From Paraphysomonas bandaiensis (taxonomy: Eukaryota > Protista > Chrysophyceae), in NCBI GenBank assembly GCA_965644295.1, contig CBFFRP010000153.1, forward strand, positions 1-64,000: DNA of 64,000 bases. Reading direction: 5' to 3'. Numbering within the stretch: the stretch's first letter is position 1; each line of letters opens with the position of its first letter. The translations under genes and the position numbers were made by a program. Below the pieces are notes generated by a model. That model was not told the origin of the DNA. It saw only the letters and a program-made list of their open reading frames with translations, and searched no databases. This document shows positions 1 to 9,703 of this stretch, piece after piece.

Positions 1-1093
1 CTAAACACTGAAGACCCGTACTTCACCTTCTTCCGGAAAGACCGCGGAATCTCCAGAATAGACCACATTCTACATACACCTCTTCCCACATACATACAAA
101 TTTCTGGCAACGGGTGCTACACCTCGGACGCCCTCACGGCAGCAACCTTTGACCACAGACCGGTCTGGACCGACCTCTGCATCAGTGGAACAGGACCCCC
201 CCTGCCGAAGGAGCAACACCTTCAGATCCCGCCAAGGCTTAACATCAACCCCGCCGATCAGGAAATGGTGGAGGAATACCAACAGCATCTCAGCACACAT
301 CATCAATCCCTCCCGGAGCCCTCGGCACACCCACACCCTGCCGACCGCGCCGCCACCAAACTAGCACTAATCCATCGCATCACCATCGACGCGGCTCACG
401 ACACCCGTAGCGCAAATAGAACGAAGAAAACACGCATTCACCACCTCTGCCAACGCAAACGTTCCCGCTTCAAAGACGGCTTTTCTGCGGAAATGAGAGT
501 TATTCAAACAGCGCTCCACTTAGTCATCTACCTAAAGAGAAAGTTTTTCAACAGAGCCGGCTATCTCCACCCTCATGTAGATGACACACGTCTCTACAGT
601 CTTACACGAAGAGGCCTCCAGCGATGGGAGGTCACCATAGCCGCCCTGGACCACGCTTCAGAGGACCCATCCCACCCACCCACCACCATCATCAAGCCTG
701 CCGTGGATCCACGCCAGATGCTGACATGGACTGTTGCGACCATCAATAGCACACACTTTTTGACACCCTACGGGATAGCCTTACCCGAATGCTCCAAGGA
801 AGAGCAAGAACAGAAATGCGGAAGCGTATGACCCACAGGACCCACACCATCCAAGCCCACCTGGAACTCCAACACATCGGAAAAGTCCTTCAGACAATAG
901 GATTGAAGCGCAAACAGACGCCACCCCTCACCCGACTCACCCTAGAGGACGGAGCCACCCTAACCCTCCCCATAGACATACAGGACGAGCTGAACAAACA
1001 TTTCACAGCCCACCACTCCATCCCATCCGGACTTGACCCAGTCGCCCACAAGCTACATCATGACGACACCTGGTGGCACGAGCTCGCAGCTGG
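1..1093 (+). mobile_element. Non-LTR retrotransposon (LINE) ORF, 5' segment: end of the APE endonuclease plus linker. Truncated by the window edge, with one frameshift near 770-790
   Basis: Frame 1 from base 1 reads ...YFTFFRKDRGISRIDHIL...TFDHRPVW, matching APE C-terminal motifs (TF...SRID...SDHxPV), and runs into ORF 265..831. Coding continues in the 789 frame to ...WWHELAAG, where the LTR element interrupts it. Confidence 0.85.
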
Positions 1094-2152
1094 TGTGACC
1101 ACGTGGCATTTCACATGCCTCAGTCACGTGTCTATAGTAAGTGCAAAACTACTAACTACGGGATGAAGACAGAGACGATAGAAGTATCAGAAACATATCA
1201 TTATTACGCTACAGATTACTGAAGAACTAGCACTAGGACGGGAGGTATACACCTCACCGCTGTAGAGGCAGAAACGCAGTCCTAGCTCCAAATCCTGTAA
1301 GGAGAATAAACCTTGCTGTTCAGGCTTATCGCCCTGCGGGTTGGCAATGTTTAGGCCAGACCGGACTTCCACATAGGGATTCACTGTCCCACACCTCTGG
1401 TAGAAGTCCAACACGCACTGGCAGACTTCACCTCTTGCATCATACGATGACGAGTGCAAGTAAGGAACAACTTTGCACAGTTGCCTATGTGCATCAAGTT
1501 GTCCCTCGGGGCATCGAACGGAGCGTTCCCACATACGCCTAGCAGCAGCCCTTTCACGGTAGGCATACCGATACCGATGGGACCTACGTAATAGAGAGCC
1601 CCGTCCCCTACGATTGCGAGGTTTAGGCTTAGTGGAGACCGCTGCTGGATCTGTAGTGGCAGACATTGTTTATGCAGCAATGGATATGATGTATGTATCT
1701 GATGTGGACATTGGTTCTTAGTCTGAGATAGTAGATGTAGAAAAAGCATCATACGGTATGCTGCACACTCACATACATGTTGGTCCATTGTAATACAGTA
1801 GCAGTACTCTGAATACGCAGTATTCAACGGCTAATTTACAAACTGGCGAGTGTGGTGTGTGGTGTCATCGCGAGTGTGGTGTGTTGTGCTTGTTCTATGT
1901 TGCATTGCTTTACAGCTCAGTGTTTTGTTAAGTGTTGTTCTGTTTGTACACTAGTGTTCTGACTTCACTGGAGGTGGGGTTTGCGCGGTGATTCTTGGAG
2001 GGAGTCACTAGTACAAGCTTGCAACGCTTGACATACTGTTTAGAGTAATAATCATCCTGTTCTCCTGCAATCAGACGTACATATAGCTCTGGTTAACTCA
2101 TTGTGTTTGTTTCTGCTGCACAGCCTTGGTTATCAAACCTGGCTGTGTCATA
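1094..2152 (+). repeat. 5' LTR (1059 bp)
   Basis: Direct repeat of 8644-9703. By eye I see about 3 substitutions and a 1-nt indel. It ends GTCATA where the 3' LTR ends GTCACA. Confidence 0.95.
1187..1666 (-). CDS. Antisense 159-aa ORF inside the 5' LTR (Arg-rich N-terminus, Cys-containing, function unknown)
   Basis: ATG-initiated ORF, also open in the 3' LTR (8737..9216). The sequence upstream on the minus strand resembles host promoter regions. No recognised domain. Confidence 0.4.
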   Translation of the reverse strand: MSATTDPAAVSTKPKPRNRRGRGSLLRRSHRYRYAYRERAAARRMWERSVRCPEGQLDAHRQLCKVVPYLHSSSYDARGEVCQCVLDFYQRCGTVNPYVEVRSGLNIANPQGDKPEQQGLFSLQDLELGLRFCLYSGEVYTSRPSASSSVICSVIMICF

Positions 2153-2680
2153 GTAATTAATTACTTAAAAAAGCAGATCAGCGCTGATAGTAATTGTTAC
2201 ACATACAACTCATTTTGCAATATTTGCAACACTTGTCATTCTTGCACATTAGAATACTGAGCTTGGCCTTTATTAGCCTCCTCGTATTCGAATAGTCCTT
2301 AGAGTCTATAGATTGCATACCAGTGCAAGCTTAGGGATTAAGGAGTGATATCTTGCAGTGTTTGAGAATACATATCCGTGAGCGCGGACTCCGTTAGACT
2401 GCGCCGTTAAGAGTGTACCTTGGACACTGCAACAAACTCAATATTTTGGAAAACTGCTCTTATCGCATTGACAACTGACCGTCTGCGAAATGAGTGGATA
2501 CCTCAATTATTGAGTGGGTGAGATAGACCTTGTAAGAGACTTGCAATACAATTTTATCGCATTGACAACTGACCGTCTGCGAAATACTTGTACAGCAATA
2601 TCTACATAGTTCGATCTTGCGATAGCTCCAACAAACCTGAGCCCAAGCTGTCCTGTGATTGATAAAGACCGCAATTCATA

Positions 2681-4483
2681 ATGTCTACTCCTAGTGGCAA
2701 AAAGTCCAGCAAGAAGTCGTCCACTGCCCCACTGCGTCCTAAACCAGTGGTACAGGAGGACTCACCAGATAAAATAGATGAGAGTCAATACGAAGAAGCG
2801 CCCATGATGCCTTCACCTTCTGCCCCAGCATCCTCAGCAACCCAACAGATTCTGGACTCAGTACAGGAGATCCAAGGCACCCTGGGACAAGTAGCCTTTG
2901 CGATATCCAACCTAGACAGTAGGGTACAAGCTCTGGAGAGTTCTAAGAGAGCAGATACACCTGATTCACCAGACACCCAGAGTGATGACACACCTGATTC
3001 ATTCAGTAGCAAGGGCAGTAAAGCAAGTACCACACCCAGGGGAGTCACTAAGCGTGCTAAGAAAGACCGACCAAAACCCCGTTATTCCACTTTAGGAGAT
3101 CTGGCTACATTCAGGAGATTGCCAGAGAAGAAAGAACAACTGAGTGAGGAGAGCTCTGGCTCAGAGCTTGAGGAAGAGGCAGAAGAACATTTGGGGCGTC
3201 TTGCCAGTGTTTTTGGAGAGAAACGTCCAGGAAAGTTCTTCCGGAATTTGAAACGCAGCGCCAAGGTGGCCCAAGCTAAGACTGTCAATATAACTAGGCT
3301 TGAGAAGAAGTGTCACGTCAGGATTGAGACATTCAAACTTGGTAGAGTTTCAAGGGCGATCAAGGAGATTCTGGATTTCCAAGAAGAGGAAGAAACAGAA
3401 GTCCGCATCCAGAAAGTTTTATCTAGAAACCTGAAGGATCACTTGCGTTCCGTCTATGATATTCAACACGCAGAATTAGCTAGCATGGACATATCTGACC
3501 TCATGAGAATCGTAGCCCTAGAGACGAAAGTTTTCAGCTGTGTTGGGTTTTACAACGAGCTGAAAGAATCTCTCAGCCATATGAAGGTCATGGAGTGGGA
3601 CAATGTCAACGCTGTCAATTTTGAAGCCTTCTATTTTCAACAACTTCGTTTGATAGAATCCTTTAAAAGGATGTTGTCTATCATGTTGGAAAATGAAAGC
3701 AACAGGCGTTGGTGTCCACAGGCTGATGACAAGGAATACGGCCTTATTAGGCTATTTAAAACCCTGAACGACGTCACATATGTGAAATTTGTGCTAGGTT
3801 GTATTCCGAAGAAGAAGTTCGACTTTATGGAAGACTTCTTCAAACTATATACGGAGGTACTGTTAGACCATTACCAGATCACGATTGCTTATAAACAGTT
3901 GCCCTTCAAAGCAACCGTGCAACATCAGGCGAAGTATGAGGAATACATGAAGCGCAAGCGTGAAATGTTTTCTAGACCTAAGCCTGGAGTGGCAAAGAAT
4001 TCCACTAGCACCCACTCTTCTACCAGGTTATTTAACATGGAAGAGGAACAGGCTTCTTTTTCTTCAAATGAATTTTCTCATGATGAAGAAGATTTATGGG
4101 ATGCCTATGGGGATACATGGAAAAGCAACAACCACAGTACCGATGTTCCTACTGGCGGCAAACCTAATGGCGAGCCAGCGACCGAAACTTCTGAAGAGAA
4201 AGATACATCCGACTCAGAAGGAGCTTTGCAAGCTATGGATGGCCAGAATCCATCTCATAAACCCAAACAAGAGAAGTATGGGTGCATGAGAAAAATCATG
4301 TATGGCAAGTGCGACAAGAGTGATTGTCGTTATAGCCATAATCCTAGAGCTCTCGCCAATACCGCTTCGGAATTGGCTGAGAAATCCCAAGCTTATTTGA
4401 AGACCACTTCTTCAACTTCGGGGTCTCAGGATAAACCTCCTGCTATTTTAAGGAGAGATCGCTTCGGCGACTCTCGTCCTTGA
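2681..4483 (+). CDS. gag: Gag-like protein with a C-terminal CCCH-type zinc finger
   Basis: 600-aa first ORF of the element with a coiled-coil-like N-region. CMRKIMYGKCDKSDCRYSH = C-x8-C-x4-C-x3-H. Confidence 0.8.
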   Translation: MSTPSGKKSSKKSSTAPLRPKPVVQEDSPDKIDESQYEEAPMMPSPSAPASSATQQILDSVQEIQGTLGQVAFAISNLDSRVQALESSKRADTPDSPDTQSDDTPDSFSSKGSKASTTPRGVTKRAKKDRPKPRYSTLGDLATFRRLPEKKEQLSEESSGSELEEEAEEHLGRLASVFGEKRPGKFFRNLKRSAKVAQAKTVNITRLEKKCHVRIETFKLGRVSRAIKEILDFQEEEETEVRIQKVLSRNLKDHLRSVYDIQHAELASMDISDLMRIVALETKVFSCVGFYNELKESLSHMKVMEWDNVNAVNFEAFYFQQLRLIESFKRMLSIMLENESNRRWCPQADDKEYGLIRLFKTLNDVTYVKFVLGCIPKKKFDFMEDFFKLYTEVLLDHYQITIAYKQLPFKATVQHQAKYEEYMKRKREMFSRPKPGVAKNSTSTHSSTRLFNMEEEQASFSSNEFSHDEEDLWDAYGDTWKSNNHSTDVPTGGKPNGEPATETSEEKDTSDSEGALQAMDGQNPSHKPKQEKYGCMRKIMYGKCDKSDCRYSHNPRALANTASELAEKSQAYLKTTSSTSGSQDKPPAILRRDRFGDSRP

Positions 4484-4498
4484 GATAAGGAGGTTAAC

Positions 4499-7400
4499 AT
4501 GATTGAGGACCTAGAAGAACATGTGATCAGTGTTTGTGATGGGAATGATGATTGTGATTATCTCCCAGAGGCTAAAACATTGAATACTACTTCTTCAAAG
4601 GTCCATTTCAAGGATGGAGCTAAGCTGTATGCTTCATATCCTTCAGCCAAGAAATTTTCATCAGCACATACTGTAGGTAGAGTAATTATAGACAAGAAGT
4701 TCGGAGTGGAAGAATTAGTGAAAGTTTTATGTGACACAGGAGCCCTATCCGCTAACTACGTAGCACGTGATCTTGTGGATAGATTGCGTACCAAGCTAGA
4801 ACCTAGCAGGTTCTACAAGGTCAAACACCGTGTGGTTTTGGCAGACAGTAGAACCGTAAAGGATCTTGACGAAGGGGTTCGATTGAACTTAGTGTTTACC
4901 GATCCCAAGAGTCACACTTACCAGTACACTGGTGAGTTCATCGTGATCGACATGTCATCTAATGACATTATTTTGGGACTACCAGCCCTCACTGGGAAGC
5001 TATACCCTTTCATGTGTGCTGTCATGGAGCAGGCCCATGAGAATCATCTCGAAGATTCGGCTCAAGGGAACCATAATTTGAGTGCCCTACAAAATGAGGA
5101 CATGGAATCCAGAGAGGAACACCGACGTCCCTGGAGTAAAGCGAATGATGCTATCGCTCCAGAAGATAACGAGACTGAGTTACCCGTTCAATTCAAAGAT
5201 GCTTTGACATTCCTCGGAAAGTCTAGAGAGGAAGCTCTTAACGACTACTATGAACAAATAGAAACTCACGTCAGTCAGGAGATGAAACAAGAGACCAACA
5301 TTATGGATCTCTTATCTTCCAAAGCTGAGAAGGTATTCGTGCCTGATGAGTGGACAGGAGTCCGAGGTGTTGACCCTTTGACTCTTAAGTGGAAAGAAAC
5401 TTTACCTGAAAGAATGAAACCCAGAGCCAGGCCGATCAACCCTAAGCTCTGGGAAGCATCCGAAAAGGAGTTCAGGAGACTATGTGGTTATTTTTACCAG
5501 AAGAGCAGATCTCCTTGGGCTTCATGCTTGGTGGTTGCTCCCAAGGCTACTCCACCTTATATCCGATTCTGCGGCGATTATGTTAATATCAACAAGCACA
5601 TGCAAGTGGGTAATTATACAATTCCCAATGTCAAGCATGAATTGGACAAGATCATCAATTTCCCATTGTATATGGACATCGACTTGACCAACGCTTTCCA
5701 TCAGATACCTCTAGCGGAAGAAACATCAGAGAGGCTTTCTATCCAGACGCCATGGGGCCAATATGCGCCAAAGTTCATGCCAGAAGGTATTGCGCCGGCT
5801 ACTGGAATTCTGCAAGAGGTAGTCAGGGAAATATTTGAAGATTTTTCTGACTGGGCCATTGTAATATTTGACAACATGTTGATATTGGCCAACGACCCTC
5901 AAGATGCGTATCAGAAATTTGAGAAAGTGATTGACAGATGCATCGAGAGGAATCTCAAACTGAAAATGCCAAAGAGTTGGCTTGGATTTAGAAAAGTAGA
6001 CTTCTTCGGATACGTATGCAGACACAAATCCTATGAAGTCAATCCTGAGAAGAAGGAAGCCCTAGGCAAAATCCCAATGCCTACCAACACCAAACAAGCG
6101 AGGTCTCTGCTTGGCAAGGGCGTGTTCTTTTCCAGTTTTACCCCTAGATATTCAGACTTGGTTGCTCATCTCACAGATTTGACCAAATCGAAATTCAATT
6201 GGGACAAGACTACGTGGCGGCACGATTATGAGGCTGAATATCGTCGCTTCATAAAAGGCCTGCAAGATTCCTGCGAACTGTTCTACCCAGACTACAATTT
6301 GGAGTGGACACTGCGTACTGACGCTAGTGAGCTAGGAATCGGCTCGGTGCTTCTGCAGAAAAGGATTCTCGCAGATGGAACAGAGCAGTTGCAACCCATT
6401 GCCTTCCTGTCAAAGAAGTTTTCAGCTCAGGCTCAGAAATGGGCTACGATAGAGCAAGAAGCTTATGGTATTTACTACAGTGTCAAGCACTTAGCGTACT
6501 ATTTGATTGGGAAGCAGTTCACTATAGAGACTGACCACAATAATCTCTTGTGGATGGAGACGTCTGAAGTACCTAAGATCACAAGATGGAGAATTTTCTT
6601 GCAATCTTTCAACTTCAGCATTAAACACATATCGGGTGCCAAGAATTGGTTAGCCGATTGGTTATCTCGGGAGCATCAAGTTGCGGCGTTGTCCGGTATG
6701 TTCTTAGATGAAGACTATGCCGATGCCTACTTCCTTGGAGAGGACTGCACTGAGGATGAATTTTTTAACTTCTTGGGCAATTTTATGAACCCAGAAGACA
6801 GGGAAGTATCTCCTCATGCGCAAAGTTCAGTCACTCCCGAGGATGCCTTGCAACAAGTACATAATGCCCGAGTTGGACATCTCGGTGGGCGAGCCACTTG
6901 GATTCGACTTAATAAGCAATTCCCCGGCCATGGAATTCCTTACAAAGTAGTCGAAGACTTCATTGCGAAGTGTCCAAACTGTGTTAAGACTAGATTGGCG
7001 ATGAAAGAAGCGCTGATCCCTATAGTCCGAAACCTTAAGCCTCCGAGCGCTCGGAGTGCTATTGGTATTGATGCGGTAGAAATCACACCCCATGGTGCTG
7101 ATGGATACACGCACATTAATGTCGTAGTCAACCTGTTCACCAAGTTAGTTTATCTTGAGCCAGTCAAAGGAGTGACTGCCCTCAACTTGGCAAACACGGT
7201 ATGGAAGTATTGGAGTTACTACGGACACACTGATCTTATCATCTCAGATCAGGGTCCTGACCTAACTTCCGATCTTTTCAAACAACTGACTGAATATATG
7301 GGCGTCCGACACACCTTCAGCATAGCCAACAGGCATGCTAATGGTTGTGAACGCATCATCGGTGAGGTGGTCCGACATTTGCGTGCCCTAGTATATGAAA

Positions 7401-8464
7401 ACAGCAAGCGTGTAGAACGAAAGGATGTTTTTGAGGATCCCAGCTGGATACCCAGCGCTCAATACATTCTGAATTCAGAAGTCTCATCCGAGACGGGGTA
7501 CTCACCCTTTGAGCTCACTTTTGGCTCTAATGATCTGGAATATTTAACTATGAATATACAGACTTTGCCTGAGCGTGCACACGCCAGACTGACTGCTCTT
7601 AATGAACAGCTAGAAGGCCTACGGGCGGCTTCCAAAACTTACCAGCAGCAGTTAGCGAGTGAACGTGCTGGGGAGGGAGTTCACCCGGACAAGCAGAACC
7701 GATATCAACCGGGCGACTTCATTTTATTTGACAAAGGCGCCAAGGTTCACCCCAAGATGTCACATCGATACATGGGACCTTTTGTTGTTAAGACCCAGTA
7801 CAAAAATGACATTGATTGTCAGCACCTTGCTACAGGGCAAGTGGTACGTGTTTCAGTGACAGACGTCAAACTGTTTCCAGGTGATAGAGAAACTGCGTAC
7901 AGCATGGCTCTACGAGACCAGGATCAGCATGTCATTGACAAGATTCTCTACTATCGGGGTGACAGAGAGTCACGCTCCACTTTGATTTTTACTGTGAGAT
8001 TTCAGGATGGTGATGTCAGAGAAGTGCCTTATAGCAAGGACCTTTTTGACTCAGTGCCTTACGCGGACTTTTGTTCCAGCAAACGGTACCTCTACCACCT
8101 GATTTATCCAGCGGAGGGTGCCAAGAAATATATCTCGGACATCCGACGCCAGTCTATCACTCAGTTCAAACCCGGTGACCAGGCATATGTTGACCTACGC
8201 ATTTATGGCGACGTATGGTACGACGGACTGCAGTTACCAGACTCCCACTTACTGACCTATGTAGCTCCGATCCAGTTCACACACTGGTATCATCGAAGCT
8301 CTAGGAGAGTATTATCCGTCAAGGATCTTCTCACTCTCCGCACTTACCGTTATGACAACTACCTCGTGCATTGTTTCGTTCACCCTGAACTAGACACTAG
8401 CACTATGGTACTAGTCGACAAGGACTTGGCTACACGCTACCCTCAAGTCCTTGAGTCCGTTTAG
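4499..8464 (+). CDS. pol: Pol polyprotein: aspartic protease, RT, RNase H, integrase, chromodomain-like C-terminus
   Basis: PR: LCDTGA. RT: RFCGDY, DLTNAFHQ, MPEG, IFDN, FFGY. RNase H: TDAS, EQEA, TDH, ADWLSR. IN: H-x5-H...CPNC, D..SDQG..E and GPF. Same frame as gag, separated by one TGA. Confidence 0.95.
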   Translation: MIEDLEEHVISVCDGNDDCDYLPEAKTLNTTSSKVHFKDGAKLYASYPSAKKFSSAHTVGRVIIDKKFGVEELVKVLCDTGALSANYVARDLVDRLRTKLEPSRFYKVKHRVVLADSRTVKDLDEGVRLNLVFTDPKSHTYQYTGEFIVIDMSSNDIILGLPALTGKLYPFMCAVMEQAHENHLEDSAQGNHNLSALQNEDMESREEHRRPWSKANDAIAPEDNETELPVQFKDALTFLGKSREEALNDYYEQIETHVSQEMKQETNIMDLLSSKAEKVFVPDEWTGVRGVDPLTLKWKETLPERMKPRARPINPKLWEASEKEFRRLCGYFYQKSRSPWASCLVVAPKATPPYIRFCGDYVNINKHMQVGNYTIPNVKHELDKIINFPLYMDIDLTNAFHQIPLAEETSERLSIQTPWGQYAPKFMPEGIAPATGILQEVVREIFEDFSDWAIVIFDNMLILANDPQDAYQKFEKVIDRCIERNLKLKMPKSWLGFRKVDFFGYVCRHKSYEVNPEKKEALGKIPMPTNTKQARSLLGKGVFFSSFTPRYSDLVAHLTDLTKSKFNWDKTTWRHDYEAEYRRFIKGLQDSCELFYPDYNLEWTLRTDASELGIGSVLLQKRILADGTEQLQPIAFLSKKFSAQAQKWATIEQEAYGIYYSVKHLAYYLIGKQFTIETDHNNLLWMETSEVPKITRWRIFLQSFNFSIKHISGAKNWLADWLSREHQVAALSGMFLDEDYADAYFLGEDCTEDEFFNFLGNFMNPEDREVSPHAQSSVTPEDALQQVHNARVGHLGGRATWIRLNKQFPGHGIPYKVVEDFIAKCPNCVKTRLAMKEALIPIVRNLKPPSARSAIGIDAVEITPHGADGYTHINVVVNLFTKLVYLEPVKGVTALNLANTVWKYWSYYGHTDLIISDQGPDLTSDLFKQLTEYMGVRHTFSIANRHANGCERIIGEVVRHLRALVYENSKRVERKDVFEDPSWIPSAQYILNSEVSSETGYSPFELTFGSNDLEYLTMNIQTLPERAHARLTALNEQLEGLRAASKTYQQQLASERAGEGVHPDKQNRYQPGDFILFDKGAKVHPKMSHRYMGPFVVKTQYKNDIDCQHLATGQVVRVSVTDVKLFPGDRETAYSMALRDQDQHVIDKILYYRGDRESRSTLIFTVRFQDGDVREVPYSKDLFDSVPYADFCSSKRYLYHLIYPAEGAKKYISDIRRQSITQFKPGDQAYVDLRIYGDVWYDGLQLPDSHLLTYVAPIQFTHWYHRSSRRVLSVKDLLTLRTYRYDNYLVHCFVHPELDTSTMVLVDKDLATRYPQVLESV

Positions 8465-8611
8465 AGCACGGGACCAATCAACTTACACGCGATCTTCCAA
8501 CTCCAACGCTCCTCTGCTGCACCTTCGTTTTGATGGCTAATTTTTAGTTCCGTTGAAATTTGTGGGCCGCAGAGTGACGCCCGTCTTCATCATTTCGCAT
8601 AATACTTATAT

Positions 8612-8640
8612 CAAACAAAAAAAAAAAAAGGGAGGCGGGG
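8612..8640 (+). promoter_or_regulatory. Polypurine tract of the Gypsy element
   Basis: A-run followed by GGGAGGCGGGG, ending 3 nt before the TG of the 3' LTR. Confidence 0.8.
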
Positions 8641-8643
8641 CAA

Positions 8644-9703
8644 TGTGACCACGTGGCATTTCACATGCCTCAGTCACGTGTCTATAGTAAGTGCAAAACT
8701 ACTAACTACGGGATGAAGACAGAGACGATAGAAGTATCAGAAACATATCATTATTACGCTACAGATTACTGAAGAACTAGCACTAGGACGGGAGGTATAC
8801 ACCTCACCGCTGTAGAGGCAGAAACGCAGTCCTAGCTCCAAATCCTGTAAGGAGAATAAACCTTGCTGTTCAGGCTTATCGCCCTGCGGGTTGGCAATGT
8901 TTAGGCCAGACCGGACTTCCACATAGGGATTCACTGTCCCACACCTCTGGTAGAAGTCCAACACGCACTGGCAGACTACACCTCTTGCATCATACGATGA
9001 CGAGTGCAAGTAAGGAACAACTTTGCACAGTTGCCTATGTGCATCAAGTTGTCCCTCGGGGCATCGAACGGAGCGTTCCCACATACGCCTAGCAGCAGCC
9101 CTTTCACGGTAGGCATACCGATACCGATGGGACCTACGTAATAGAGAGCCCCGTCCCCTACGATTGCGAGGTTTAGGCTTAGTGGAGACCGCTGCTGGAT
9201 CTGTAGTGGCAGACATTGTTTATGCAGCAATGGATATGATGTATGTATCTGATGTGGACATTGGTTCTTAGTCTGAGATAGTAGATGTAGAAAAAGCATC
9301 ATACGGTATGCTGCACACTCACATACATGTTGGTCCATTGTAATACAGTAGCAGTACTCTGAATACGCAGTATTCAACGGCTAATTTACAAACTGGCGAG
9401 TGTGGTGTGTGGTGTCATCGCGAGTGTGGTGTGTTGTGCTGGTTCTATGTTGCATTGCTTTACAGCTCAGTGTTTTTGTTAAGTGTTGTTCTGTTTGTAC
9501 ACTAGTGTTCTGACTTCACTGGAGGTGGGGTTTGCGCGGTGATTCTTGGAGGGAGTCACTAGTACAAGCTTGCAACGCTTGACATACTGTTTAGAGTAAT
9601 AATCATCCTGTTCTCCTGCAATCAGACGTACATATAGCTCTGGTTAACTCATTGTGTTTGTTTCTGCTGCACAGCCTTGGTTATCAAACCTGGCTGTGTC
9701 ACA
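8644..9703 (+). repeat. 3' LTR (1060 bp)
   Basis: Starts TGTGACC, ends GTCACA, followed by TSD CTGG. Confidence 0.95.
8737..9216 (-). CDS. Second copy of the antisense LTR ORF (159 aa)
   Basis: Identical to 1187..1666 except for one E/V difference. Confidence 0.4.
   Translation of the reverse strand: MSATTDPAAVSTKPKPRNRRGRGSLLRRSHRYRYAYRERAAARRMWERSVRCPEGQLDAHRQLCKVVPYLHSSSYDARGVVCQCVLDFYQRCGTVNPYVEVRSGLNIANPQGDKPEQQGLFSLQDLELGLRFCLYSGEVYTSRPSASSSVICSVIMICF

Larger units (their letters stand above)
1094..9703 (+). mobile_element. Full-length Ty3/Gypsy LTR retrotransposon inserted into the LINE, with 4-bp TSD CTGG
   Basis: Two near-identical ~1.06 kb LTRs with TGTGAC...GTCACA termini. CTGG at 1090-1093 and 9704-9707. 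Domain order gag, PR-RT-RNase H-IN. Purine tract before the 3' LTR. Confidence 0.96.

Noticed and set aside
1381-1827. Second antisense LTR ORF (148 aa / 133 aa)
   Set aside because: It has a non-ATG start, overlaps the 159-aa ORF, and is truncated by a substitution in the 3' LTR.
4486-4501. Prokaryotic or organellar origin suggested by the SD-like motif
   Set aside because: The element is a typical nuclear LTR retrotransposon among intron-containing genes, and the motif is explained by the in-frame codons AAG GAG GTT.
9652-9703. ORF-track start of the 1153-aa protein
   Set aside because: The first residues come from the 3' LTR. The true upstream coding sequence is at 1-1093.
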